NCBI GenBank assembly: GCA_043816005.1
Contig: JBDRIM010000040.1
Location: 1-45,345, forward strand
Length of the DNA stretch: 45,345 nt
Origin: Candidatus Micrarchaeota archaeon
GTDB lineage: Archaea > Micrarchaeota > Micrarchaeia > Anstonellales > Bilamarchaeaceae
Reading direction: 5' to 3'
Positions 1-8,789 of this stretch are shown here, piece after piece (within the stretch, counting starts at the first letter, position 1; every line of letters begins with the position of its first letter). Under the pieces are notes generated by a model that did not search any database, was not told the DNA's origin, and worked only from the letters and a program-made list of their open reading frames with translations. Both the position numbers and the translations under genes were made by a program.

Positions 1-470
1 TCAACCGAGTATGGAACAACAAGTACGGCTATTCCGCGTTCTCTACAAAGTTTCTCTTTCAGGTTGTCATCTTCCTTTTGTTGCTGCAGCGTTCGTACCT
101 TATGAAAAAGTTCATTGTCCTTGTAATGTTGAGGCCCATGATATTCAAATGCTATGCCTAATTTCTCACAGTAGCCATCCAGTTCCATCAAGTTGCCTTT
201 GGAATTAACCAACCATTTTAGTTTTCGTTTGGGGAACGGCTCATTGAAAATTGTTTCGAAATATTTTCTGCAAATCCGTTCGCTTTTCCCTGCGGAACAG
301 ATTGGACACCAACGCCCCTGTTGAATTTTATTTGAATTGGCTTCCCAGACATGGCCATCATTACATTGCCAGGTGAGTTTTGAATGTGCATCATAATAGT
401 TATTCGATAAACATTTGCCGCCACGTTTTTCAGCAAGAATTTTCATATTCTGAATAGTTAGTTTATGCAT
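1..470 (-). CDS. Zinc-ribbon + Vsr/DUF559-like endonuclease (3'-partial, runs off the window; absent from the ORF track)
   Basis: Manual translation from ATG 470 (GAGG upstream): MHKLTIQNMKILAEKRGGKCLS...LTWQCNDGHVW...WCPIC...ELDGYCEKLGIAFEYHGPQHY...DNLKEKLCRERGIAVLVVPY; frame stays open to the window edge. Confidence 0.75.
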   Translation of the reverse strand, partial: MHKLTIQNMKILAEKRGGKCLSNNYYDAHSKLTWQCNDGHVWEANSNKIQQGRWCPICSAGKSERICRKYFETIFNEPFPKRKLKWLVNSKGNLMELDGYCEKLGIAFEYHGPQHYKDNELFHKVRTLQQQKEDDNLKEKLCRERGIAVLVVPYSV

Positions 471-515
471 TTGCGCAACCTCAGACAATATGTTATTACA
501 AAAACATAATAAAAA

Positions 516-1499
516 TTAACATATTCCCTCTTGCATCCGTTTCACCTTCTCCAATACTCCGTCTTCTTGAGCTATGGTAATACTTCGATAAAGTTCTTCC
601 TTTCCAGTATGAATATAAGTCATTGTTGTTTCTATTCTATGATGCCTGGCAAATTTGCTTGTCAAAACTACATTCCCGTTATTCTTCTTTGAAAAATTCG
701 TAATCGCATAATGCCTAAGGCTATGGGTTGTTAAACGATGAAGAAGTTTTAGAGTTTGGCCATCGGATAATCCATAAGTTTCATCAAGTTTAAGCTTCTG
801 AATTGTTTTCCTGAAAATATTTCTTACAAAATTCTTTGAGATATAAGGACACGGATTGCTATCTGGATAATTTTCTGCCCAGAACAAATAACCTTTAGCC
901 TTAAAGATTGCGTTTTCATAATCATTGATCAATCTTATTGTCTGATCAAAAAGCCGAGCTGGAATAGGTAGACAATCAGCTCTTCCTCCTTTTTGATTAT
1001 CTATCTTAAGTTCACAAGTTTGGAGATTGATATCTTTTATATGTAGTTTTACAACCTCACCAACTCTAAGCCCTAACACAGCTTGATAAGTAAAAAGCAA
1101 TAGCATCTTTGGATCCTCAATTGAATTAAGGAATCGAATCAATTCTTCTTCGGTAAACCCTTTGTTTAGTGTTCCGTATTTAGGTATACGGCACCGCAGA
1201 AAACGTCGCTTTCGCGCATCTGAGAGGATTTCAAGTGCTTTGATCAACCTTTGCTTAGGCAAATAGCGCCCAAAATATTTCAGCATTTCTTTTGCTTCTG
1301 GCCAAAGTTGCTTGATTTCCTTCCTAGTTGGCTTGTTGTTTTGGAAATTCGAAATTTCCAAACAGGACAATTTTATATTGTCCTTCGCTTTCAGCATGGT
1401 CCGAACATTCCAAAAAGCGAACTGCTGCGGATTTGGAGTTTGTAGCGATTGAGATTGATGCGGAGTTAACGCCGTAAATTCGCTAAACTCAGAACTCAA
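516..1499 (-). CDS. Tyrosine recombinase/integrase
   Basis: Catalytic motifs GLRVGEV, QKGG, HSLRH, ARH..TTMTY; begins 23 bp from the 3' end of tRNA-Val; start codon uncertain. Confidence 0.92.
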   Translation of the reverse strand: MSSEFSEFTALTPHQSQSLQTPNPQQFAFWNVRTMLKAKDNIKLSCLEISNFQNNKPTRKEIKQLWPEAKEMLKYFGRYLPKQRLIKALEILSDARKRRFLRCRIPKYGTLNKGFTEEELIRFLNSIEDPKMLLLFTYQAVLGLRVGEVVKLHIKDINLQTCELKIDNQKGGRADCLPIPARLFDQTIRLINDYENAIFKAKGYLFWAENYPDSNPCPYISKNFVRNIFRKTIQKLKLDETYGLSDGQTLKLLHRLTTHSLRHYAITNFSKKNNGNVVLTSKFARHHRIETTMTYIHTGKEELYRSITIAQEDGVLEKVKRMQEGIC

Positions 1500-1522
1500 A
1501 ACAGAAAACGAAAAAGGGAAGA

Positions 1523-1728
1523 TGGGCCCGCGCGGAATCGAACCGCGAATCTCCCGCGTTCCGAACTTTTAGGAAAAGTTCGATCAAAACTCACTTGTTA
1601 ATTTTGCGCTTCGGCGCAAAATGGTTTTCACCGAAAATCCGGAAGGATTTTCAAACAAATTGGTTTTTGTCAAACTTTTTCCAAAAAAGTTTGTGAGGCG
1701 GACGTCATAACCATTCGACTACGAGCCC
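1523..1728 (-). tRNA. tRNA-Val(CAC) with 133-nt intron at 37/38 (exons 1728-1692 and 1558-1523)
   Basis: GGGCTCG/CGGGCCC acceptor stem, TCCGC-CT-CAC-A|C-GCGGG anticodon arm, CGCGG-TTCGATT-CCGCG T arm, no encoded CCA. Confidence 0.92.
1559..1691 (-). other. tRNA-Val intron, multi-hairpin with imperfect inverted ends
   Basis: Perfect stems at 1562-1582, 1601-1622, 1633-1652 and 1671-1693; relaxed BHB (ACTTTT/AAAAGT outer helix, C:C mismatch in the central helix). Confidence 0.85.
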
Positions 1729-1831
1729 AAGCAATTTTTATGGTTGTGAAAGGATTTTTATAATCTTCTTAAAACTAGCTATATGCTCTTATCCTCCATA
1801 CGCTTATGGAAGTTTTCTGATAATATACCCC

Positions 1832-1904
1832 AGCCCCGTAGTCTAGCGGTCAAGGATAGTGGACTTTGGATCCATTGACACCGGTTCGAATCCGGTCGGG
1901 GCTA
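1832..1904 (+). tRNA. tRNA-Gln(TTG)
   Basis: AGCCCCG/CGGGGCT acceptor stem, GTGGA-CT-TTG-GA-TCCAT anticodon arm, ACCGG-TTCGAAT-CCGGT T arm. Confidence 0.96.
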
Positions 1905-1936
1905 TATTTTTTAGTTTTGGATTTGTCTTAATATAA

Positions 1937-3376
1937 TTAATATTGTCTTGCAGCATAAAGATAGATTGTTGCCGGAGCTCCGCATGCAATACATCTTTTA
2001 TTTTCTGGCTTTGCATCAGAACCAAACAACGAACCACGCATATTTGCTTGGTGTTTATCTTTTACAATACCAGAACAGCTTTCGCTTTTCAGTTCATCAG
2101 AACAAAATGGAACTCGAACAAACCCATGTCCAGCTTCAAGCTTTTTGCCAAGTTCATCGAGAGTATCGGCAAAAGAAATTTTTTCTGAAAATACTTTATC
2201 TGCTTTTTCCCTCAGAATAGTATCAAAAGACTCTGCAATTTTATGAATACTTTCTTCAATAGCATCAAACGCCACTTTTGTTTTTTCACCGCTGTCTCGC
2301 CTAACTAAAACAACACTATTTGATTCAATATCCTTGATACCAACTTCAATACGTATTGGAACTCCCTTCATTTCCCATTCATTAAATTTGAAACCGGGAG
2401 TTTTATCTGAATTATCCACTTTGACAACAAAACAGCATTCAATCATTTTTTTTACTTTGTTGCATTTTTCTAAAACTATTTTCTTTGTTTCTTCTTTGAG
2501 TATTGGGACTATGACGATTTGAACTGGTGCTAATCGTATTGGCAATACAAGCCCTTTGTCATCCCCATGAGTTGCAATAACTGCTGCATAAATTCGCGAA
2601 ATACAGGGGCCATAACAGGTTTGCCACACATGTTCGTCCTTACCGTTCTCATCAGTATGTTTTATACCAAATGCTTTTGAAAAATTCTGTCCAAGCATGT
2701 GTGTTGATGGAAGTTGAAGAGCACGACCATCTGGCATCAGACTATCAGCTGCGTAGGTATCTTCTGCACCTGCAAATTTATCCCATTGTGGTCTTTTGAA
2801 AAACAGAAACGGAACTCCGAATTGTCCATGGATTATTTCTTCGGCAATTTCCATATCCTCGCGAACCTGTGCCATCGCATCTTCACGAGTTGCAAAACAG
2901 TTATGGGCTTCTATCCAATGGAATTCACGGGAACGAATGAATGGTTTAGTTGCTTTTGTTTCGTGGCGCCATACTTGGCATCTTTGATAGAGTTTGAATG
3001 GTAAATCGGATTTGCCATGGATCCATAAAGCATACATTGTGTACATTGCAGTTTCAGAAGTAGGCCTCATTGCATATCTTTCTTCAGTTTTATTTCCACC
3101 AGCTTCAGTAACCCAGAAAACTTCTGGAATAAAACCTTTTACGTGGTTACTTTCACGTGTAAAATAGCTTTCTGGAATAAGTGCAGGGAACCAAGCGGGA
3201 ACATGCTCTCGTCTTTCAAGTGCATCTTCATACATAGCATACATACGATTCATGGACATGACAGACCATGGCATGAAAACAACAAATCCTTTGATACCAT
3301 ATCTAAGATCACATAATTCTGCTTCTTTAGTAATATGGTTATACCATTCTGAAAAGTTAGTTTTGCTAATTTTCAT
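1937..3376 (-). CDS. proS: Proline--tRNA ligase (archaeal/eukaryotic type)
   Basis: RPTSET, motif 2 WRHE..PFIRSREFHW, HMLGQNFSKAF, anticodon domain WEMKGVPIRIEVG, C-terminal ARQY. Confidence 0.97.
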   Translation of the reverse strand: MKISKTNFSEWYNHITKEAELCDLRYGIKGFVVFMPWSVMSMNRMYAMYEDALERREHVPAWFPALIPESYFTRESNHVKGFIPEVFWVTEAGGNKTEERYAMRPTSETAMYTMYALWIHGKSDLPFKLYQRCQVWRHETKATKPFIRSREFHWIEAHNCFATREDAMAQVREDMEIAEEIIHGQFGVPFLFFKRPQWDKFAGAEDTYAADSLMPDGRALQLPSTHMLGQNFSKAFGIKHTDENGKDEHVWQTCYGPCISRIYAAVIATHGDDKGLVLPIRLAPVQIVIVPILKEETKKIVLEKCNKVKKMIECCFVVKVDNSDKTPGFKFNEWEMKGVPIRIEVGIKDIESNSVVLVRRDSGEKTKVAFDAIEESIHKIAESFDTILREKADKVFSEKISFADTLDELGKKLEAGHGFVRVPFCSDELKSESCSGIVKDKHQANMRGSLFGSDAKPENKRCIACGAPATIYLYAARQY

Positions 3377-3444
3377 AAATACACATCTTAAGTATAGATA
3401 ATTCTGCTAAGTGTTTTAATAAGTGAGTACGGGATAACACACAT

Positions 3445-3690
3445 ATGAAGAGAATACCAGTTGGAAGAACAAAAGAAGTCAATAAAGAACTGAATAAATT
3501 TCTAGAAGAATTGATTGAACAACATCAGATTAAACTTGCTATACCGAAAAATGTTGAAACTAAATGGTATGTCACACAGATAACTTTCATTGCCGATTAT
3601 GTGGGGAAGAAATGGTGGGTGTTTGGTTTTTTGAAAGCAGGAAGTATAATGAAGGAAATGAATAAAATAATGAAAATAAAAAAATTATAG
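3445..3690 (+). CDS. Hypothetical protein
   Basis: 81-aa ORF filling the gap, with TTTTAAT about 25 bp upstream of the ATG. Confidence 0.6.
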   Translation: MKRIPVGRTKEVNKELNKFLEELIEQHQIKLAIPKNVETKWYVTQITFIADYVGKKWWVFGFLKAGSIMKEMNKIMKIKKL

Positions 3691-4203
3691 AATTAAAGAC
3701 TCCAGTACTTTGATTGTTTCTGATATTGATTCAAATGGGCCGCGAAGCGCAAATGCAATTGCAATCAAAACAACGGCCATGATAAGTGCAACAGCAACAT
3801 TGCCTTTTTTGAGTTCTTTGAATTCTTCTAGATCTGGGGTGATATGGTCTATGATATGTATTGAGAGATAAATTACTATCACTCCGATCATTATTGCAAC
3901 AAAATAATTCGCCATAGCAAATACCAAACCAGCTAACAAATATTGTGCTGGCAAACTAAAATCAATTGCATTTACAAAATCAAAAATTTGAGGTTCTACC
4001 AATAGAATCAAGGATAGTATAGCTGCGCCATAAAGTACCCCAACTGCTACATTACCTTTTTTGATTTCTTTCCACTCATCAATAGATGGTGTTATTTTGT
4101 CAAGTAGACTCATACCGACATATGCGGCATTTGCAGAAAGCGCTATAGCCGCGGCAATTTTCACAATAGCAAGGATCAAATGCAAAATAATGTCCTGGAT
4201 CAT
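3685..4203 (-). CDS. DUF350-family membrane protein
   Basis: Two copies of D(K/H)ITP..E.KE.KKGNVAV plus hydrophobic helices. Confidence 0.85.
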   Translation of the reverse strand: MIQDIILHLILAIVKIAAAIALSANAAYVGMSLLDKITPSIDEWKEIKKGNVAVGVLYGAAILSLILLVEPQIFDFVNAIDFSLPAQYLLAGLVFAMANYFVAIMIGVIVIYLSIHIIDHITPDLEEFKELKKGNVAVALIMAVVLIAIAFALRGPFESISETIKVLESLIL

Positions 4204-4256
4204 ACAAGCTTAGTAAATCAAATTAATTTTAAACCGGTCACATGCAAGAAACAGAT

Positions 4257-5627
4257 ATGGCAAAAAATCAGAATTTTTTGACTGTCTCGAACGGAACGCC
4301 GTTCGAGCACATGGACGAAAGCGGATTTTTAGAAAAATGCGATGAAGCAAAAAAATATGCATTCACATTCAAAAATCCACTCATAGTACACCACTATGAT
4401 GCAGATGGACTAAGTTCTGGTGCAATAGTTGCAGGAGCATTTCTCAAAGAAGGAAAACAATTTCGGCGTGAATCAATAAAAAAACTTGATGATTTAGCTC
4501 TCGAGCGCTTTGCGCGAGAACAAGAACTAATTTTTGTTGATCTAGGAGGCGGAAACAAACGAGTAAATGAACTTGAAGATGTTCTTATTATTGATCATCA
4601 TCAAAGTGAGGGAATAGAAAAATTCCAAATTAATCCCACCCTACATGGAATTGATGGTGGGACCGAATTAAGTGCAGCAACAACTGCATACTGTGTTTTC
4701 AAGCATATGGCAGATGTTGCAATTGTTGGCGCCTGTGGGGATATGCAATCGCCATTAATAGGAATGAATAGATGGGTACTTGAAGAAGGACAGAAAAATG
4801 GAGAGGTTAGAATAGAAGAAGATATACGATTTTATGGGAGATATTGTAGAGCCCTCATGCAATTTTTATCCTACAGCGATGATCCATATATACCAGGAAT
4901 TTCATTTAGAGATGACAAGGTTGTGGAACTTCTTAATGAACTAAAAATAAAATACGATAATGAAAGAAAGTATGTTGATCTTAGTGACGATGAAAAAAGA
5001 ACTCTAATAAGTGCACTTGCAAAAATTTTGATAAACTATGGCCAATTGAAAAAAGTAAATGAGTTAGTTGGAGAAAGTTATATTTTTCCAAAACGTCCAA
5101 AGAATGAAACATATGAGGCAAACGAATTTAGCACAGTTTTGAATGCGTGTGGAAGACATTCTCAGCCTGATATAGGGGTGAATGTGTGTCTTGGTGAAGA
5201 AAGCGCATACGCACAAGCAAGAGTTCTTCTCCTTCATCATCGAAAAATGTTACGAGACGGAATAAGTTACGCGCAGTCAATTATTCAAAATCTCAATAAT
5301 TTTTATTTCCTTGATGGAAGAGGAATAATAGATGAAGGAATAATAGGAACAGTTTGTGGGATGGCATTTCGGCAAAAATGGAACAGACCCATAATTGGTA
5401 TAGCCAAAGGCGAACATGAAACAATAAAAGTTTCCGGAAGGGCATCCAAAACTTTGGTTGAAAAAGGTCTTAACTTAGGGGAATTGATGAAGAATGCAAC
5501 CAAAGAAGTAGGTGGAATTGGCGGTGGGCATAGAATTGCTGCTGGAGCTGCCATACCCAAGGATAAATTGAATGAATTCTTGAAATTTACAGGAGTATAT
5601 TTGGCAAATGTGCTTTGCCATAGCTAA
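4257..5627 (+). CDS. RecJ/GAN (Cdc45-like) DHH-DHHA1 nuclease; conserved part starts at 4311
   Basis: HHYDADG, FVDLG, IIDHH, DGGTELS, LNACGR, GGGHRIAAGA. Confidence 0.9.
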   Translation: MAKNQNFLTVSNGTPFEHMDESGFLEKCDEAKKYAFTFKNPLIVHHYDADGLSSGAIVAGAFLKEGKQFRRESIKKLDDLALERFAREQELIFVDLGGGNKRVNELEDVLIIDHHQSEGIEKFQINPTLHGIDGGTELSAATTAYCVFKHMADVAIVGACGDMQSPLIGMNRWVLEEGQKNGEVRIEEDIRFYGRYCRALMQFLSYSDDPYIPGISFRDDKVVELLNELKIKYDNERKYVDLSDDEKRTLISALAKILINYGQLKKVNELVGESYIFPKRPKNETYEANEFSTVLNACGRHSQPDIGVNVCLGEESAYAQARVLLLHHRKMLRDGISYAQSIIQNLNNFYFLDGRGIIDEGIIGTVCGMAFRQKWNRPIIGIAKGEHETIKVSGRASKTLVEKGLNLGELMKNATKEVGGIGGGHRIAAGAAIPKDKLNEFLKFTGVYLANVLCHS

Positions 5628-5690
5628 ATACGACAAGAAACGAACTCGAATAACTAAGTTTTAAAAGCCAGGGGAATAACTGTTCATTTA

Positions 5691-7094
5691 ATGAATCTAG
5701 TTAGAGCTGAAATTTTCTCACCGAGTGAGAGAACTAATATAGGGAATCAAAAACCACGACTGAGATCAGCTCAACCACTAGAGGATGGGTTGCAAAGGAA
5801 ACATGGATTAGTAGTATTAACTGATCTAAGTGCACACATAACTAGTCAAAAACCAGTGAGAGTGAGAGTGTGGTTTGATAATCATTCGCCATTCAAACAA
5901 TTTTGGTATCAAAAAAGAGGAAGAAAATGGAATATGGCAGAGCAAGCAACGAGTGGTATGAAATGGAATTATTATTTAGCACATGGAAAAACTACCCCAG
6001 TGTTTGGAATGATGGATGCTGAACATGTTGGCAGATTCGTTAATGATACAGTAAAAAAAATAGAGGAAACATGTGCAGAATTTGAAAGAGCAGATGGAAC
6101 GAGTAATAGCACTGTTTTATTGGAACATAAATTAGATCAAATTTGGACCCATGCAATGGCAATACTTGCACGACATATTGAATCGGACGTAGAAATTTCA
6201 TTAGCACAACATGGTACACACCACATAGAATCCGAAGATCGAACTGGATCAGAACATCAATCTGCAGTATGGATATTACATCCATTTGTTCAGCATGATG
6301 ATAGTCAACATGGAATTCATCATCCGCATGAAAAAATACATGCAGAACATCACAGCCAACCTGATGGGCATGGAACTCACCATGAAGGACATGGTGGACA
6401 CCATGAAGAAACATTATTTGAATCTGATGCGCATTTGCATCCAGGTCATTCAAGATTAGTTGGTGGTTTTTGGGGAAGTGGACATCATAGTGAGCATGGA
6501 GAACACCATGATGAACATGGAACTCATTATCATAGTCATAATGAACATCACACTGAACATGGAGGACATCATAATCACCATGATGAAAATGGAACGCATC
6601 AGAATGGACATGGTGGACAACATCATGAACATGGAGGACATCATGGTGGACAACATCATGAACATGGAGGACATCACGATGGACATAATACCCATGAACA
6701 TCACCATACTCATCATCATGGCGGACATGAAGAGGCATTGTTTGAATTTGATGCTCATTTACACCCAGGCCATTCAAAACTAACTGTTGGTTTTTGGGGA
6801 AGTGGACAGCATGGACATGCTCATAATGACAATCATACTGAAACTCATGCAACTGGACATCAAGATCACAGGGTACATGATGGACATCATGAAGAAAATT
6901 CCACAACCGGACATCATGCACGTGTAATACCATTGCATGAAGAACATATGACAGCACACCAACCAGATGATGATCACACAGAGCATGGTCATACAGTCCA
7001 ATCACATGAAGTCGATGTAAGTCATATCCTAAGATTCCAGGCTAAACGAATTGCACAACTACGGGTAGCAAATGCTTCTGCTGAACCTGAATAA
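5691..7094 (+). CDS. Histidine-rich repeat protein of unknown function
   Basis: 467-aa ORF; C-terminal two thirds are H/G/E-rich with two copies of EE.LFE.DAHLHPGHS.L..GFWGSG. Confidence 0.8.
   Translation: MNLVRAEIFSPSERTNIGNQKPRLRSAQPLEDGLQRKHGLVVLTDLSAHITSQKPVRVRVWFDNHSPFKQFWYQKRGRKWNMAEQATSGMKWNYYLAHGKTTPVFGMMDAEHVGRFVNDTVKKIEETCAEFERADGTSNSTVLLEHKLDQIWTHAMAILARHIESDVEISLAQHGTHHIESEDRTGSEHQSAVWILHPFVQHDDSQHGIHHPHEKIHAEHHSQPDGHGTHHEGHGGHHEETLFESDAHLHPGHSRLVGGFWGSGHHSEHGEHHDEHGTHYHSHNEHHTEHGGHHNHHDENGTHQNGHGGQHHEHGGHHGGQHHEHGGHHDGHNTHEHHHTHHHGGHEEALFEFDAHLHPGHSKLTVGFWGSGQHGHAHNDNHTETHATGHQDHRVHDGHHEENSTTGHHARVIPLHEEHMTAHQPDDDHTEHGHTVQSHEVDVSHILRFQAKRIAQLRVANASAEPE
6609..6674 (+). repeat. 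Exact 2 x 33-bp in-frame tandem repeat (HGGQHHEHGGH)
   Basis: CATGGTGGACAACATCATGAACATGGAGGACAT at 6609-6641 and 6642-6674. Confidence 0.95.
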
Positions 7095-7622
7095 TTAGGT
7101 TGGTTCAACAAAGCGCCAATAACTATTTTTTTCTAAAATGTCTTTTAGTTTAGGAAGTTGATCTGGTGGAACTGACCTACTTTGTTCAATCGAAACAAGA
7201 ACTACTTGTAAAAATTCAATATCAGCCCTAGCAACTTCGATACAACTAGCAATTATAGTGTCAATTTTAGTCTGAGCCGTAGAAGAATCAGTTTCTCCAC
7301 TCACAAGACTAACAGTAATTTTAGGATCAGAAGGATCTCTAAAAACAACACCACTTCCGCGAAGTTCATCTTTTCTACTACTTGCCATGGCAACTAAAAA
7401 ACTGTGAAGACCACTACGAAGATCTTTTGCATCATGCTCCAGTTCAGATTCTAAAGAAGCAATTTTTGATCGGATTGATGTTGAAAGTTCTCGTAATTTG
7501 GTTGACGAGACACCACCCCTTTCGATTTCGGAGATGAGAACACTCGTAGCATAACTATCGAACGGTGGAGAGTTACCACCCCTAATAAGACGCAACTGAG
7601 GTGGTTTTGAATGAGTTGCCAT
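7095..7622 (-). CDS. Hypothetical protein
   Basis: 175-aa ORF whose stop abuts the stop of the His-rich gene; TTTTTAA upstream. Confidence 0.7.
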   Translation of the reverse strand: MATHSKPPQLRLIRGGNSPPFDSYATSVLISEIERGGVSSTKLRELSTSIRSKIASLESELEHDAKDLRSGLHSFLVAMASSRKDELRGSGVVFRDPSDPKITVSLVSGETDSSTAQTKIDTIIASCIEVARADIEFLQVVLVSIEQSRSVPPDQLPKLKDILEKNSYWRFVEPT

Positions 7623-7732
7623 AAAAAGGATTTGTTGATATCAGTTAAAAAACTTGGTGCTGAATCGGAAAACAGTACTTCGTAAGGAAATATATAAAAA
7701 GAAAGGATAGTTAATAGTTACCGAGGGAAAAA

Positions 7733-8041
7733 ATGGAAAACACGAATGAATTTGAATTTGGTCAACCAGTTGACGAATCAAACATAGATCTTGTTGAAAA
7801 AAAGGTTATTGAAAAGGTTAATAACACTATTTCTGTACTTGAAGGCGCAATTGCAAAATGGGATAATGCAAAAACAAAACCAAAAAATCTTGAACCGAAA
7901 TTTCTAGGTTATAAAAAATTACATACTGCTTTGAGTGAATGGGAACAACAAGCATTGATCAAACAAAACAGAAGACAAGATTTCTATGAACGTGTTAATA
8001 GATTACAGGAATTTGTCAATATTTGTTATGCACAACGTTAG
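7733..8041 (+). CDS. Hypothetical protein
   Basis: 102 aa; GAGGG upstream and TATATAAA box near 7691. Confidence 0.75.
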   Translation: MENTNEFEFGQPVDESNIDLVEKKVIEKVNNTISVLEGAIAKWDNAKTKPKNLEPKFLGYKKLHTALSEWEQQALIKQNRRQDFYERVNRLQEFVNICYAQR

Positions 8042-8049
8042 GTGGCAAT

Positions 8050-8619
8050 TTGGCTAGAAAAACAGTTACTCCAGAAGATATTGCACATGCTGATCAAGCA
8101 GTACGCGATTTGGGTGAAGGTGCTGCAAGACTAAGAGATACGATACCACGAATAGAACCACAAGTCAGAGAGAACGAAAGATTACGAGGAGCTGTTGCAG
8201 TTGCTGATGGTGCCACATTAGCTCTTGTTACTAGTGGAAGAGAACTTGAAAGAGGACTGCCAACTGAGCAGGCAATAGAACACAGACGCCAATCATTAGA
8301 TAGTCAAATTGCAGATAGAATAGATGAAGAGTCAGGAAGTCAATATGCAACAGAAATTGCACATATTAGAAAATTAGCAGATCAAAGTGCAAACGAGACA
8401 ACACCGGCTAAATCAAGAGAATTGATGGATGAAGCAGAAGCAAATGTTGATGTTGCAGTAGGATTTCTAATAGTCGTTGATGCTCCATGCATTTCTCCAA
8501 CAAGATCAATAAAATATTTGGCAAGTGAAAGCCTGACAATGCGCAGAGCAAAATCAGCAGGGACATCTTTGGCTTTGATTGCTACTGCCAATAAATTCAC
8601 TTCAGTAGCCATTCTTTGA
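8050..8619 (+). CDS. Hypothetical helical protein (probable TTG start at 8050)
   Basis: AGGTGG SD before TTG; the 3' part overlaps the convergent ORF. Confidence 0.55.
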   Translation: MARKTVTPEDIAHADQAVRDLGEGAARLRDTIPRIEPQVRENERLRGAVAVADGATLALVTSGRELERGLPTEQAIEHRRQSLDSQIADRIDEESGSQYATEIAHIRKLADQSANETTPAKSRELMDEAEANVDVAVGFLIVVDAPCISPTRSIKYLASESLTMRRAKSAGTSLALIATANKFTSVAIL

Positions 8620-8789
8620 CGTATTTGTGTAAATTTCCACATTTCTGTTAATGCTTCTGCTCGCATACCAGAAGGTGCAACTAGTCGATCAGCCAGAACA
8701 GCACCCCTAACACAACTAGCAAAATCTCGAATTGCTGCAGCTCGTTCATTCAGAACACGTGTAACAATATCCCTAGTCTCTCTGACCAC
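8382..8789 (-). CDS. Hypothetical protein
   Basis: 135-aa ORF with TTTAAC box upstream; overlaps the convergent ORF by 238 bp. Confidence 0.45.
   Translation of the reverse strand: MVRETRDIVTRVLNERAAAIRDFASCVRGAVLADRLVAPSGMRAEALTEMWKFTQIRQRMATEVNLLAVAIKAKDVPADFALRIVRLSLAKYFIDLVGEMHGASTTIRNPTATSTFASASSINSLDLAGVVSFAL

Larger units (their letters stand above)
1..1558 (-). mobile_element. End of an integrative element inserted at tRNA-Val(CAC); extends left of the window
   Basis: Integrase abuts the tRNA 3' end and is followed by a nuclease cargo gene; the second att copy is not visible here. Confidence 0.6.

Noticed and set aside
11..436. ORFs 11-208 (+) and 218-436 (-)
   Set aside because: Shadows of the nuclease gene 470 to <1 on the minus strand
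1843..2037. 64-aa ORF
   Set aside because: Overlaps tRNA-Gln antisense and proS in another frame
6040..7005. Long antisense and alternative-frame ORFs rich in V/H/M
   Set aside because: Shadows of the CAT/CAC-rich His repeats, which lack stops in other frames
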